64,000 nucleotides of DNA from an uncultured Collinsella sp. Its GTDB lineage: Bacteria > Actinomycetota > Coriobacteriia > Coriobacteriales > Coriobacteriaceae. Where the stretch lies: assembly GCA_902479065.1 (NCBI GenBank), contig CABSNM010000004.1:41562-105561 (forward strand), in the 5' to 3' direction. The translations under genes and the position numbers were made by a program. Under the pieces are notes generated by a model. The model saw only the letters and a list, made by a program, of their open reading frames with translations. It was not told the origin of the DNA and searched no databases. Shown here piece by piece: positions 10,152-19,666 of the stretch (position 1 is its first letter; each line of letters starts with the position of its first letter).

Positions 10152-10307
10152 CCACGGAAGGATATGGAAGCCAAGCGCCAACTTGCTGGCAAGCTCGTGC
10201 CGGCAGCCCCGGCCTTTCCTTTGCCTAGCGCGACCCTCGCGGAGCGCGTGAGCGATAGGGAAAGGAAAGGCCGGGGCGAACAGCCCACGGTACAGTCGGT
10301 GTTCGCG

Positions 10308-11012
10308 CTACGGCAGGATATGGAAACCGAGCGCCGCGATATCCTTGGCAAAACCGCGCACGGTATCGAGCGAGACCTCGTACGGGTCGCGACCGATGTT
10401 CTTGCGCTTGGCCAGGATGCTGTTGGGTACCGTGATGATCTGGCAACCGCAGGCCTCGGCCTGGTAGATGTTGATAAGCTCACGCGTGGACGCCCATAGG
10501 ACCTCACAGTTGGGCTTGGCGGCGGCCTTCTTGACCGACTCCGTCATAAACGGAATGGGGTCGACGCCGGTATCGGCGATACGGCCGGCAAAGAGCGAGA
10601 TGATGGACGGCGTCTCGGCGTCAACGGCCTCGACCATCTCATCAACCTGCGTAGGCGTAAAGATGGTGGTGACGTTGACCTTGATGCCGTCGGCCGAAAG
10701 CTTGCGGACCAGCTCGGCGGTGGACTCGCCCTTGGTGGTCACGCACGGAATCTTGACGTAGACGTTCTCGGCCCAGGTAGCAATCTCGCGCGCCTCGACC
10801 TCCATGGTCTCGACGTCGTCGGCAAAGACCTCAAACGACACGGATACATCGGTGATGTGGGTCAGGACCTCTTTGGCAAACGCGCGGTAATCCGTCACGC
10901 CGCCCTTCTTCATAAGGGACGGGTTGGTCGTGAAACCCTGAACGTTGCCGTTCTCGTACATGTCGAGCATGCCCTCGAGGTTTGCACCGTCAGCGAACAC
11001 CTTGATTGCCAT
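10308..11012 (-). CDS. tal: Transaldolase
   Basis: GFTTNPSLM, catalytic YVKIP, FAGRIAD, WASTRE. Confidence 0.9.
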   Translation of the reverse strand: MAIKVFADGANLEGMLDMYENGNVQGFTTNPSLMKKGGVTDYRAFAKEVLTHITDVSVSFEVFADDVETMEVEAREIATWAENVYVKIPCVTTKGESTAELVRKLSADGIKVNVTTIFTPTQVDEMVEAVDAETPSIISLFAGRIADTGVDPIPFMTESVKKAAAKPNCEVLWASTRELINIYQAEACGCQIITVPNSILAKRKNIGRDPYEVSLDTVRGFAKDIAALGFHILP

Positions 11013-11205
11013 CTGCCTGATTCCTTTCGCTTGCACATGGGCGTTAAACTGCTAAACACTTTACCTACGTTTATCAAGGCGTGAGCTGCGGTTTTTTATC
11101 TTCTCGGCGAACGGTATAAACACCTCAGTGTTTGGATTGATAAATCGATTGAGCATGCAAAAGCAAAGAGTCGCAGTTTGAGCAAACGTCAGAACGCGGG
11201 ATTCA

Positions 11206-12033
11206 TTAGATGAGGCCGAAATGCTGCATCGCTGTGACGGTACCGTCGTGTGCGACATCGTCGGTCACGTAGTCGGCGACTGCCTTGACCTCAGGCATGG
11301 CGTTGCCCATGGCGACAGCCGTCTCGACGGCGGCGAGCATGCCCAGGTCGTTGCCCGAATCGCCAAAGCCAAAGGTGCGCGCGTTGCCGGTGCGACCCAG
11401 GTATTCCAGCGCTCGCGCCACGCCCACGCCCTTGTCGATGCCCTTGGGGCTCAGCTCGCGATTCTGACCACCGGTGTTGCACAGCTCAAACTCGCAATCG
11501 ATAAAGCCGTCATCATTGGCTACGCGAGCCAAACTGGGCACATTGAGGCATACCTTGCCCACGCGCAGACTGCCGTCGACGCGCATCTCCTCGGCGCCGT
11601 GCACCACGGAAGTGCCGATCAGAGACGACTGCTCAACACCCGCGGGTTCCAGGGCAAAAGTAGCCACGTTGGTCTCGAAAAAGGCCTCAATCCCTGCCGC
11701 GGCCATACGGCGCGCAAGCTCCTCGATAACGTCCTCGTCAAAGCAGTCCTCATGCACCACGCGGCCCTCGACCTCGAGTGTGGCGCCCGCCATGGCAACG
11801 ACGCCCGCCGGGTTCAGCGCGCGCAGGCCATCGGCGATCAGCCACAAGGGACGACCCGTGCAGATAAATGCCTGGTGACCCGCATTGCGCAGGCGATGAA
11901 ACGCCTCGACGACCGTCTGCGAGGGGCGAACCGCCGAAAAGTCCTTGTCGGTCATGTTGTCGGGATCGAACGACGTCAGCGTGCCGTCCACGTCAAAAAA
12001 GAGCACAGCGGGTTCGGGACACGCATCAATCAT
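11206..12033 (-). CDS. Cof-type HAD-IIB hydrolase
   Basis: DVDGTL, CTGR, GDSGNDLGM, AMGNA. Confidence 0.9.
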   Translation of the reverse strand: MIDACPEPAVLFFDVDGTLTSFDPDNMTDKDFSAVRPSQTVVEAFHRLRNAGHQAFICTGRPLWLIADGLRALNPAGVVAMAGATLEVEGRVVHEDCFDEDVIEELARRMAAAGIEAFFETNVATFALEPAGVEQSSLIGTSVVHGAEEMRVDGSLRVGKVCLNVPSLARVANDDGFIDCEFELCNTGGQNRELSPKGIDKGVGVARALEYLGRTGNARTFGFGDSGNDLGMLAAVETAVAMGNAMPEVKAVADYVTDDVAHDGTVTAMQHFGLI

Positions 12034-12108
12034 ATGGGTTCCTTTCGAGGATAAGGGCAAACGAAGCATCCATCATATAATGGAGCGACGCAACCAGAGA
12101 GGTCACCC

Positions 12109-14667
12109 ATGGAATTTTACGCAAGCTGCCCCGAGGGCTTTGAGTCCGCACTCGCCGATGAGCTTAAACGCCTCGGGCTTTCGCATGTTCGCCGGCTGAA
12201 GGGCCGCGCCACGTTTGAGGGCGAGCTCGAAGAAGGCTACCGCGCCTGTCTGTGGTCGCGTCTGGCGAGCCGCGTGTTTGCGGTGCTCGGGCGCTTTGAG
12301 GCGCAGGACGCCGACGAGCTGTACGATAGCGTTTACGACATCGCCTGGGAGAACATCGTCCGCCCCGGCGCCACCATTTCCATCACCGCCCGCGGCGTGA
12401 CCGAGCAGCTGCGCAACACGCGCTTCTCGGCCCTGCGCGCCAAGGACGCGCTGTGCGACCGTCTGGCCGAGGCCACGGGCCGTCGCGCCGATGTCGACGC
12501 CGCCGATCCCGATGTTCACCTGCTGCTTTCGTTGCGTCAGCGTCGCGCGAGCATCAGCCTGGACCTTTCGGGCGACCCGCTGTTCAAACGCCTGCCGCCC
12601 GCAGCGACCCGCGCCGGCGAGGGCACGCACGTGCTGCGCCCCGACTACGCCGCCCTGGTGCTGGCGCAGGTCGGCTGGACCGCACTATGCGAGCGCGAGC
12701 TGACGGCCGACGATTACGAGAACGAAGCCCTCCCCACGCTGATCGATGCCTCGTGCGCCGGCGGCGGCCTGCTGCTGGAGGCCGCGAACATTCTGACCGA
12801 CCGCGCCCCGGGCGCCGCACGCGAGCGCTGGGGCTTTGAGGGCTGGCAGCTGCACGACGCCGCTCTGTGGGAGCAGCTGCTTGCCGAGGCGCGCGAGCGC
12901 GAGGCGGCAGCGCGCGAGCGGCAGGCGCGCATCGTGGCCGCAGACATCGACCCCGCCGCTCGCAAGACCGCCGAGCGCATGGTCAAGTGCGCCGGCTACA
13001 AGCGTTTTGTCGACTTTTGCGCCGCCAAGTCCGCCACCGTGCTGGACCATGCTGGCGCCGTCGCCGGAGCCGCCGTAGTCGCAGACACCACCGAGACACC
13101 GCTTTCACTCATGCACGACGCCATGACTCTCATCGGCGAGCTGCGCCGCGCGCCCGAGCTCGCTTCGGCACCGGTCGCCGCACTCACCCGCGATGGCCTT
13201 ATGGCCCGCGCGCTCCATGCCGAGCCCGCGCGCTCCATCGCCGTCATGCCCAATAACGAGGAGGCGGCTCTTGAGGTTTGGCCCTCGCTCGACCACGCCG
13301 CCGCGGCATTCGAGGCTGCGACCAGCGCAAACGCCGAGGAACAGTCCACGGACGCCGAAGGCGAAGCCGCCAACACCCCCATGCCCGAACCTGCCGCCAC
13401 GCTCGACTTGGGCGACGGCAAGCCGCTGCCCGTGCTCATCCCGGAGTCCGAGCAGTTCGCCAACCGCCTGCGCAAGAATGCCCGTCTGCGCCGCAAGTGG
13501 GCCAAGCGCGAGGGCGTGAGCTGCTATCGCGTCTACGATGCCGACCTGCCCGACTACTCCGCTGCCATCGACCTGTACGAGGGTTGCCCGCAGACGCCGG
13601 GCCGCTGGCTCGTCATCGCCGAATACGCCGCGCCCAAGACCATCGACCCCGCGCTGGCCCAGGCCCGCATGCTCGACATCTTGGCCATCGCGCCGCGCAT
13701 CCTTGATGTTCCGGCCGAGCATGTGCACGCCAAGGCCCGCATGCGTTCGCGTGGCGGCTCGCAGTACGGCAAGCAGGGCGCCGGCAAGGGCGGATCGGGC
13801 GAGCGCGCCAACATCGCGCGCCGGCGTCTGCCGCTCATCGAAGAAGGCGGGCTCACCTTTGCCGTCAACTTTGACGACTACCTGGATGTGGGCATCTTCC
13901 TGGATCACCGCGTCACCCGCAACCTGGTGCGCGAACACGCCAAACAGGCACGCCGCTTCCTCAATCTGTTCGCCTATACCGGCACCGCCACCTGCTATGC
14001 GGCCGACGGCGGCGTCGAGGAAACCGTGACAGTCGACCTTTCCAACACCTACCTGGACTGGGCCGAGCGCAATATGCGTCAGAACGGCTTTGTTGGTCCG
14101 CAGCATCATTTTGTGCGCGACGACGTGCTCGCCTGGATTCGCGACCAGCGCCAGACGCGCAACCGCTGGGACTTGATCTTTGTCGACCCGCCCACGTTCT
14201 CGAACTCGTCCAAGATGGGCCGCCGCACCTGGGATGTCCAGCGCGACCATGTTGAGCTTTTGGCCGGCGTATCTCGCCTGCTTGCACAGGGCGGACATGC
14301 CATCTTTAGCTGCAACCTGCGCGGCTTCCGCCCCGAAACGCGCAAGCTCGCGCGCGCGGGCGTCGTGCTGGAGGACATTACGGCACAGACCATCCCCGAG
14401 GACTTCGCGCGCAACCAGAAGGTGCACCACTGCTATATCGTGCGCCGACTGCCCATCGAGGACGCCATGGCCGAGGTCGGCTTTAGCGCCGAGGAGATTG
14501 CCGAGCGAACCGAGGGGCTGCGCAACCCCGAGGCGCGCAAGCCTCGTGCAGCAGCGCCCGCGCCCACGCAGGCCGGCAACGGCAAATCAAACTTTGCCGG
14601 CAAACCCTCCCCTGCCGGCAAGTCCAAAAAGAAGAAGTTCTACGCCAGCAAGCCCAAGGGCAAATAA
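12109..14667 (+). CDS. rlmKL: RlmKL-like fused 23S rRNA methyltransferase (N-terminal MTase motifs degenerate)
   Basis: THUMP N-terminus (CLWSRLASRV); C-terminal YRVYDADLPDY, GIFLDHR, LNLFAYTG, DPPTFSNS. Confidence 0.88.
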   Translation: MEFYASCPEGFESALADELKRLGLSHVRRLKGRATFEGELEEGYRACLWSRLASRVFAVLGRFEAQDADELYDSVYDIAWENIVRPGATISITARGVTEQLRNTRFSALRAKDALCDRLAEATGRRADVDAADPDVHLLLSLRQRRASISLDLSGDPLFKRLPPAATRAGEGTHVLRPDYAALVLAQVGWTALCERELTADDYENEALPTLIDASCAGGGLLLEAANILTDRAPGAARERWGFEGWQLHDAALWEQLLAEAREREAAARERQARIVAADIDPAARKTAERMVKCAGYKRFVDFCAAKSATVLDHAGAVAGAAVVADTTETPLSLMHDAMTLIGELRRAPELASAPVAALTRDGLMARALHAEPARSIAVMPNNEEAALEVWPSLDHAAAAFEAATSANAEEQSTDAEGEAANTPMPEPAATLDLGDGKPLPVLIPESEQFANRLRKNARLRRKWAKREGVSCYRVYDADLPDYSAAIDLYEGCPQTPGRWLVIAEYAAPKTIDPALAQARMLDILAIAPRILDVPAEHVHAKARMRSRGGSQYGKQGAGKGGSGERANIARRRLPLIEEGGLTFAVNFDDYLDVGIFLDHRVTRNLVREHAKQARRFLNLFAYTGTATCYAADGGVEETVTVDLSNTYLDWAERNMRQNGFVGPQHHFVRDDVLAWIRDQRQTRNRWDLIFVDPPTFSNSSKMGRRTWDVQRDHVELLAGVSRLLAQGGHAIFSCNLRGFRPETRKLARAGVVLEDITAQTIPEDFARNQKVHHCYIVRRLPIEDAMAEVGFSAEEIAERTEGLRNPEARKPRAAAPAPTQAGNGKSNFAGKPSPAGKSKKKKFYASKPKGK

Positions 14668-14670
14668 CAA

Positions 14671-14737
14671 AGTTGCGGTGGAATACGGACTGTTTTACCT
14701 GGAATTAGGCAAATATAGACCGTATTTCACCGCAACT
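14671..14737. repeat. Palindromic repeat with AGTTGCGGTG(G/A)AATACGG arms (copy 1)
   Basis: 18-bp arms with 1 mismatch; second copy at 34824-34892, half copy at 60402-60417. Confidence 0.8.
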
Positions 14738-14761
14738 CATATTGGGATAGCGGATGCCGAC

Positions 14762-15475
14762 CTATCCCTGGGTGACCAATCGGTAACCGATACCCACATG
14801 CGTCTGGATATAGCGCGGATGCGCGGGGTCGGATTCGATCTTCTTGCGCAGCGTGCCCATAAAGACGCGCAGGCTCGCCAGGTCGCTCTTAGTTGCCGTG
14901 CCCCAAATCTCGTGCAGGATAAACTGGTGCGTTAGTACCTTGTCGGCGTTATGTGCCAGCAGGCACAAGAGCTTGTACTCAATCGGCGTCAGATGCAGCT
15001 CCTCGCCATCCATCGTGGCAATGCCGGCATCAAAGTCGATATGCAGCTCACCGGCATCGAACGTGCCCTCGGAGGCAACGCCGCCCGATTGCGCATACGA
15101 AAGGCGCCTGAGCGTCGTGCGAATGCGCGCGAGCAGCTCCTCGACCGAAAACGGCTTGGTCAGGTAGTCGTCGGCGCCGGCATCGAGTGCGCGAATCTTG
15201 TCCGCATCCTCGCTACGCGCCGATACCACGATAATCGGCATGCCCGACCATGCGCGCACCGACTCCACCACCTTGACGCCGTCCATATCGGGCAGACCCA
15301 GGTCGAGCAGCACAATGCTCGGTGCCTGCGATGAGGCGGCAGCGATGGCGGCATGGGCGGTCTCCACGGCCATATGACGCAAGCCGTGCGCCTCGAGCGC
15401 GGCAACAATAAGATTGCGGACAGCGGGGTCGTCCTCAACGACCAAGATGAGCGGTTTTACGGCAGAGTTCGGCAC
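14762..15475 (-). CDS. kdpE: KdpE-like OmpR-family response regulator
   Basis: Receiver LLDLGLPDMDG, ALDAGADDYLTKPF, wHTH; AAGGAG RBS before GTG 15475. Confidence 0.85.
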   Translation of the reverse strand: MPNSAVKPLILVVEDDPAVRNLIVAALEAHGLRHMAVETAHAAIAAASSQAPSIVLLDLGLPDMDGVKVVESVRAWSGMPIIVVSARSEDADKIRALDAGADDYLTKPFSVEELLARIRTTLRRLSYAQSGGVASEGTFDAGELHIDFDAGIATMDGEELHLTPIEYKLLCLLAHNADKVLTHQFILHEIWGTATKSDLASLRVFMGTLRKKIESDPAHPRYIQTHVGIGYRLVTQG

Positions 15476-15479
15476 AGCG

Positions 15480-17105
15480 CTACTCCTTATCAAACGAAAC
15501 GTCGGCGACGGGAAGCTCAATCGTAAAGACCGAGCCGTGCGGGTCCGCCGCGGCAACCTCTATGCTACCGCCATGCGCCAGCGCAATGGAGCGGCAGAGC
15601 GAAAGCCCCAGGCCCACACTACGGTGGCTGTCGGCCAGGCCATGGTTGGCGGTATAGAACGACTCGAAGATGCGCTCGCGATCCTCGGGTGCGATGCCTG
15701 GACCATCATCGGCCACCGAGCACGCCACGCGTCCATCGTCGACGCTAATCGAAATCATGATATGCGAGCCTGCGGGCGTATAGGTGATGGCGTTGTTCAC
15801 CAGATTGACCACCAGCTGCACCATCAGGCGCGCATCGACGTTGACGAGCGCCGGCTCATCGCACGCCACCACCTTAAGGTCGTGCTCGCGCACGGCAGGG
15901 TTCACGTGGCGCAGCGCCTCCTCCACGATATCGTCCATGAGCTCGAGCGTGGTCGACAGGCGCATACCGCCGCCCTCGAGCTTGGTGATGGCGAGCAGGT
16001 TCTCGACGGTGGCGTTGAGCCATTGCGCATCCGAGCGAATGGACAAGAGCAGGCCGCGGCGCGTTTGGGCGTCGAGCACGGCGGTGCCGGTCGAGCCCTG
16101 GTCGAGCAGCACATCGGCATTACCCGAAATACTGGTGAGCGGCGTGCGCAGGTCGTGCGAGATGGAGCGCAGCAGGTTGGCGCGCAGCTGCTCATTTTTG
16201 GCAAGCACCGCCGCCTCCTCGCGGGCCTCCATGGCGCGGGCGCGATCGAGCGCCAGCTCGCCTTCGCTCACGATAGCATCGGCAAGTGTCCGCTCCTCGT
16301 GCGTCAGCACGTCGGGCTCGGCAACGATAGCCAGCACGCCCACCACCGAGGCGGGGTCGCCCGAGCGCGCGAAGCCGTCGCCTGTGCGAACCGTCAGGTA
16401 GATGCCATAAAACGCCGAGCCGCCGAACGTAGCATCGAGCGGCGTTCCCACATAGGCGGACGCCGAGAGCCGCGGTGGCATCTGCGGCGCCAGCTCGTGC
16501 ACCGGCGCGGCATCGCCCACGGCCGTGTATGTCGCACGCGGCAGCAGGTCATCGCCCTCGGCGTCGGCGCTGTACCACACGACCGGACAGCCCGAAAGAC
16601 GCGCCAGCTGCGTGGCCATGGCGTGAACGATCTGCTGCTCGTCGGCGCACCGCTGCAGCATGCGATTGGTCTCGAGCACCATATGCGTGCGGCGGTCGCT
16701 GGCGGCAGCCTGTGCCAAGGCGCGGCGCAGGGCCAACGCAATCGAGCTCGACACAAGCGAGACCACGAACATGATGAAGAACATGCCGGGATAGCCGCGG
16801 TCGATAAGCGACAGCGAGTAGCGCGGGTCGACAAACAAGAAGTTGTAGAGCGCCACGGCGGCAGCCGAGCTCAGCAAGCAATACAGGCGACTCCAGGTAA
16901 AGAATGCGCACAGCTGAACGGCGAACACATAGACGATCATGATGCTCGGCGCGAGACCCGGATGGTCGAGCAGCGCGCCCACAATCGTCGCCGCGACCAG
17001 CAGCCCCACCGACACGCAGATATCGTACAGGGGGCCGCGACGCGTCATCGTAGTGCGCCGCCACCAAAAGTTCTCGGCAATATCACCGTCCGCACGGACG
17101 TCCAT
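15480..17105 (-). CDS. kdpD: Short KdpD-like sensor histidine kinase (4TM-GAF-HisKA-HATPase)
   Basis: YNFLFVDPRYSL, EQLRANLLRSISHDLRTPL, GLGLSLC; lacks the N-terminal KdpD/USP domains. Confidence 0.8.
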   Translation of the reverse strand: MDVRADGDIAENFWWRRTTMTRRGPLYDICVSVGLLVAATIVGALLDHPGLAPSIMIVYVFAVQLCAFFTWSRLYCLLSSAAAVALYNFLFVDPRYSLSLIDRGYPGMFFIMFVVSLVSSSIALALRRALAQAAASDRRTHMVLETNRMLQRCADEQQIVHAMATQLARLSGCPVVWYSADAEGDDLLPRATYTAVGDAAPVHELAPQMPPRLSASAYVGTPLDATFGGSAFYGIYLTVRTGDGFARSGDPASVVGVLAIVAEPDVLTHEERTLADAIVSEGELALDRARAMEAREEAAVLAKNEQLRANLLRSISHDLRTPLTSISGNADVLLDQGSTGTAVLDAQTRRGLLLSIRSDAQWLNATVENLLAITKLEGGGMRLSTTLELMDDIVEEALRHVNPAVREHDLKVVACDEPALVNVDARLMVQLVVNLVNNAITYTPAGSHIMISISVDDGRVACSVADDGPGIAPEDRERIFESFYTANHGLADSHRSVGLGLSLCRSIALAHGGSIEVAAADPHGSVFTIELPVADVSFDKE

Positions 17106-17133
17106 CAGCGCCCCGCCCCTCTCTCAAAAACAA

Positions 17134-17185
17134 AAACCACCACAAAGGGACAGGCACCTTTGTGGTGGTTTCCCTTGTGGTGGTT
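17134..17185. repeat. REP-like hairpin (GGGACAG family, type b) plus partial extra arm
   Basis: AAACCACCACAAAGG-GACAGGCA-CCTTTGTGGTGGTTT; copies at 51518 and 55087. Confidence 0.85.
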
Positions 17186-17216
17186 CCAAGTGTATAGCCT
17201 TTGCAACCTGCGGTCG

Positions 17217-17444
17217 CTAGACAAACAGCACGTGCGCGAGCAGGGCACACACGCACACCGCTCCAAATACCAGTGCCACGATCGAAATTACGCGATCGGC
17301 CATATCCATGTTGGCACGATTCGTAAAGAACCGATCTTCGGCGGCGTCGACGCGCGCCTCACGCACCATTTCGACCACCGCCTCACGGCCATCGAGCGCC
17401 TTTGTATCCATGTTTACCTCCCCGGCCTCATGCTTATCCATCAA
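17217..17444 (-). CDS. Small protein with C-terminal membrane helix
   Basis: 75-aa ORF co-oriented between kup and kdpD; alternative ATG with GGAGG RBS about 30 nt in. Confidence 0.55.
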   Translation of the reverse strand: MMDKHEAGEVNMDTKALDGREAVVEMVREARVDAAEDRFFTNRANMDMADRVISIVALVFGAVCVCALLAHVLFV

Positions 17445-17471
17445 AAACCAACTCCGTGTAGCCGCCGACGT

Positions 17472-19499
17472 CTACGGCCGCTCGTTGGGGGCCAGGCGCT
17501 GCATCTTGTTCACGGCCTTGAACTTGGTGAACAGCGGCACGTACTCAAAGCTCACGTTGGAGTTCTCCAGGCCGTACCAACGTGCAGGCGTGCCGGCGGC
17601 GCGGCGGATAATGTACTTGAGCGTGATGGCCGTACGCTCGCTCGGCTCCACATCGCTTTCGGGCGCCAGAAGCTTACGGATCAGGACGAACTTGAACGTG
17701 CCGATGTTACCCGGATCCTTGTAGACCGAGTAGTCATGCGTCTGCGGCGGCAGCTCGCCGGTGGCAGCCAGGTCCTGAACGACCTGACGCAGGTAGGCAT
17801 TGACGCGCTGGTTGATCTTGTAGCCCAGGTACAGATGCACGCGGAACACGTAATCGGTGCCGAACGTCTCGACCGAATAGGCAAAGGTGTGCGGTTCGTC
17901 CATGGTCTCGACATTCACAAACCACCAGGCGCGGGCGCGCTTGGGATGCTTGTCCAAGATCGAATAGACGATATCGCGGTCGATGTAGTCGGTATGGGTG
18001 TCCTTGGTCAGGTACACGACGTTGTCGCTCATGCGCTCGTAACGGTCGTCGTCGCGCAGGCGCTTGAGCTGCGGCAGGTAGCTGCGCAGCGGCAGCAGCG
18101 TAAACTGGCGCTGCTCAACAGCCGTACCGTTGTACCAGCACACCATGATGCCCATGATGAGCGCGGCCATGAGGATGGTGAAGTAGCCGCCGTGGAAGAA
18201 CTTGGTAAGTGAGCTCACGAAGAAGAAGCCTTCGAGCAAAAGGAAGAAGGCCGCGAAGATCCACGGAGCAACCTTGAGCTTGCGCTCCTCGTGCAGGTAG
18301 AAGAAGAGCAGCAGCGTGGTGCACATCATAGTCAGCGTAATGGCAAGGCCGTAGGCGGCTTCCATATGCGCCGAGTTCTGGAACAGCAGCACCACGATGA
18401 CGCAGCCGACAAGCATGACGTTGTTGACCATGGGGATGTAGAGCTGGCCCTTGGTCTCGGCAGGGTAGAAGACCTGCATGTGCGGCATGAGGTCCAGACG
18501 GCTGGCCTCGGACACCAGCGAGAATGCGCCGGTGATGAGCGCCTGCGAGGCAATGATGGCCGCGACGGTGGAAAGGCCGACGGCAAACGGGCGCAGGCCC
18601 GGGGCGAGCATCTGGTAGAACGGGTTGAGGTCGGCAATGCCCATGAGCTCGGGGTTGGCAGCGTTGTTCATAAGCCAAGCGCCCTGGCCCATATAGGAAA
18701 GCAGCAGGCAGCACTTAACGAACGGCCAGGTAGCGTAGATGTTGCCGCGGCCGACGTGGCCCATGTCGGAGTAGAGCGCCTCGGCACCGGTGGTGGCGAG
18801 GAAGCAGCTGCCCAGAATCATGATGCCCGCGTGGTTGTTGGGGCTCAGCAAAAAGGCGATGCCGCGCACCGGGTTGAGGCACAGCAGCACGGCGGGGTGC
18901 TGGAAGACAAAGAACAGACCCGTGCCGCCCAGGAACAGGAACCACAGCGTCATGATGGGGCCAAAGGCGTGACCGATCTTGGCCGTACCGATGCGCTGTA
19001 CCAAGAAGAGCACGATGATGATGGCGAGCGTAATGGCGACGACGCGGCCCTGGTCATCGCCCAGCACGGCATGGACCGCCGGAATGGTGCGCAGGCCCTC
19101 GATGGCCGTGGTAACGGTAACGGCCGGCGTCAGGATGCCGTCGGCGAGCAGCGCGGCGCCTCCCAGCATGGCGGGGATGATAAGCCACTTGCCGCAGCGC
19201 TTGACCAGGCTGTACAGGGCAAAGATGCCGCCCTCACCATGGTTATCGGCGCGCAGCGAGATGAGCACATACTTGATGGTGGTCAGCAACGTGACCGTCC
19301 ACACGACAAGGGAGAGCGCGCCGAGCACGAACTCCTCCGTGACGCTTCCGATGCCGCCGTTGCCGGCAACGAGCGCCTTGGTTACATACATGGGGCTGGT
19401 GCCGATATCGCCGTACACCACGCCCAGCGTGACGAGCATCGCCGAGATGCTCACAGGAATCGCAGCGTGCGAGGCTGCCTCCTTGGCCTTTTGTTCCAT
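17472..19499 (-). CDS. kup: KUP/HAK/KT-family potassium transporter
   Basis: GVVYGDIGTSPMY, GEGGIFALY, TGAEALYSDMGH; GGAGG RBS. Confidence 0.95.
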   Translation of the reverse strand: MEQKAKEAASHAAIPVSISAMLVTLGVVYGDIGTSPMYVTKALVAGNGGIGSVTEEFVLGALSLVVWTVTLLTTIKYVLISLRADNHGEGGIFALYSLVKRCGKWLIIPAMLGGAALLADGILTPAVTVTTAIEGLRTIPAVHAVLGDDQGRVVAITLAIIIVLFLVQRIGTAKIGHAFGPIMTLWFLFLGGTGLFFVFQHPAVLLCLNPVRGIAFLLSPNNHAGIMILGSCFLATTGAEALYSDMGHVGRGNIYATWPFVKCCLLLSYMGQGAWLMNNAANPELMGIADLNPFYQMLAPGLRPFAVGLSTVAAIIASQALITGAFSLVSEASRLDLMPHMQVFYPAETKGQLYIPMVNNVMLVGCVIVVLLFQNSAHMEAAYGLAITLTMMCTTLLLFFYLHEERKLKVAPWIFAAFFLLLEGFFFVSSLTKFFHGGYFTILMAALIMGIMVCWYNGTAVEQRQFTLLPLRSYLPQLKRLRDDDRYERMSDNVVYLTKDTHTDYIDRDIVYSILDKHPKRARAWWFVNVETMDEPHTFAYSVETFGTDYVFRVHLYLGYKINQRVNAYLRQVVQDLAATGELPPQTHDYSVYKDPGNIGTFKFVLIRKLLAPESDVEPSERTAITLKYIIRRAAGTPARWYGLENSNVSFEYVPLFTKFKAVNKMQRLAPNERP

Positions 19500-19624
19500 A
19501 AGCCGGTTTCCTCCCAACTTTAATGTTCGAAGGAATTATAGGTAATCGGCCCATGTCTGAATGGCACTGTTTTCCCAGCTAAATAAACATTTATACGGCC
19601 TTTAGGCCACCTCGGCGATATGGA

Positions 19625-19655
19625 ATGTGACAAAGGGACTGTCCCTTTGTCACAT
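19625..19655. repeat. REP-like 31-bp palindrome (GGGACAG family, type a)
   Basis: ATGTGACAAAGGGAC-T-GTCCCTTTGTCACAT, perfect arms. Confidence 0.85.
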
Positions 19656-19666
19656 CGCCGCATTCG

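Noticed and set aside
15414..18212. 932-aa plus-strand ORF
   Set aside because: Antisense to kdpD and kup, with no domain motifs
19520..19660. c-di-AMP riboswitch upstream of kup
   Set aside because: The region is short, partly occupied by a REP palindrome, and I could not find the ydaO consensus elements
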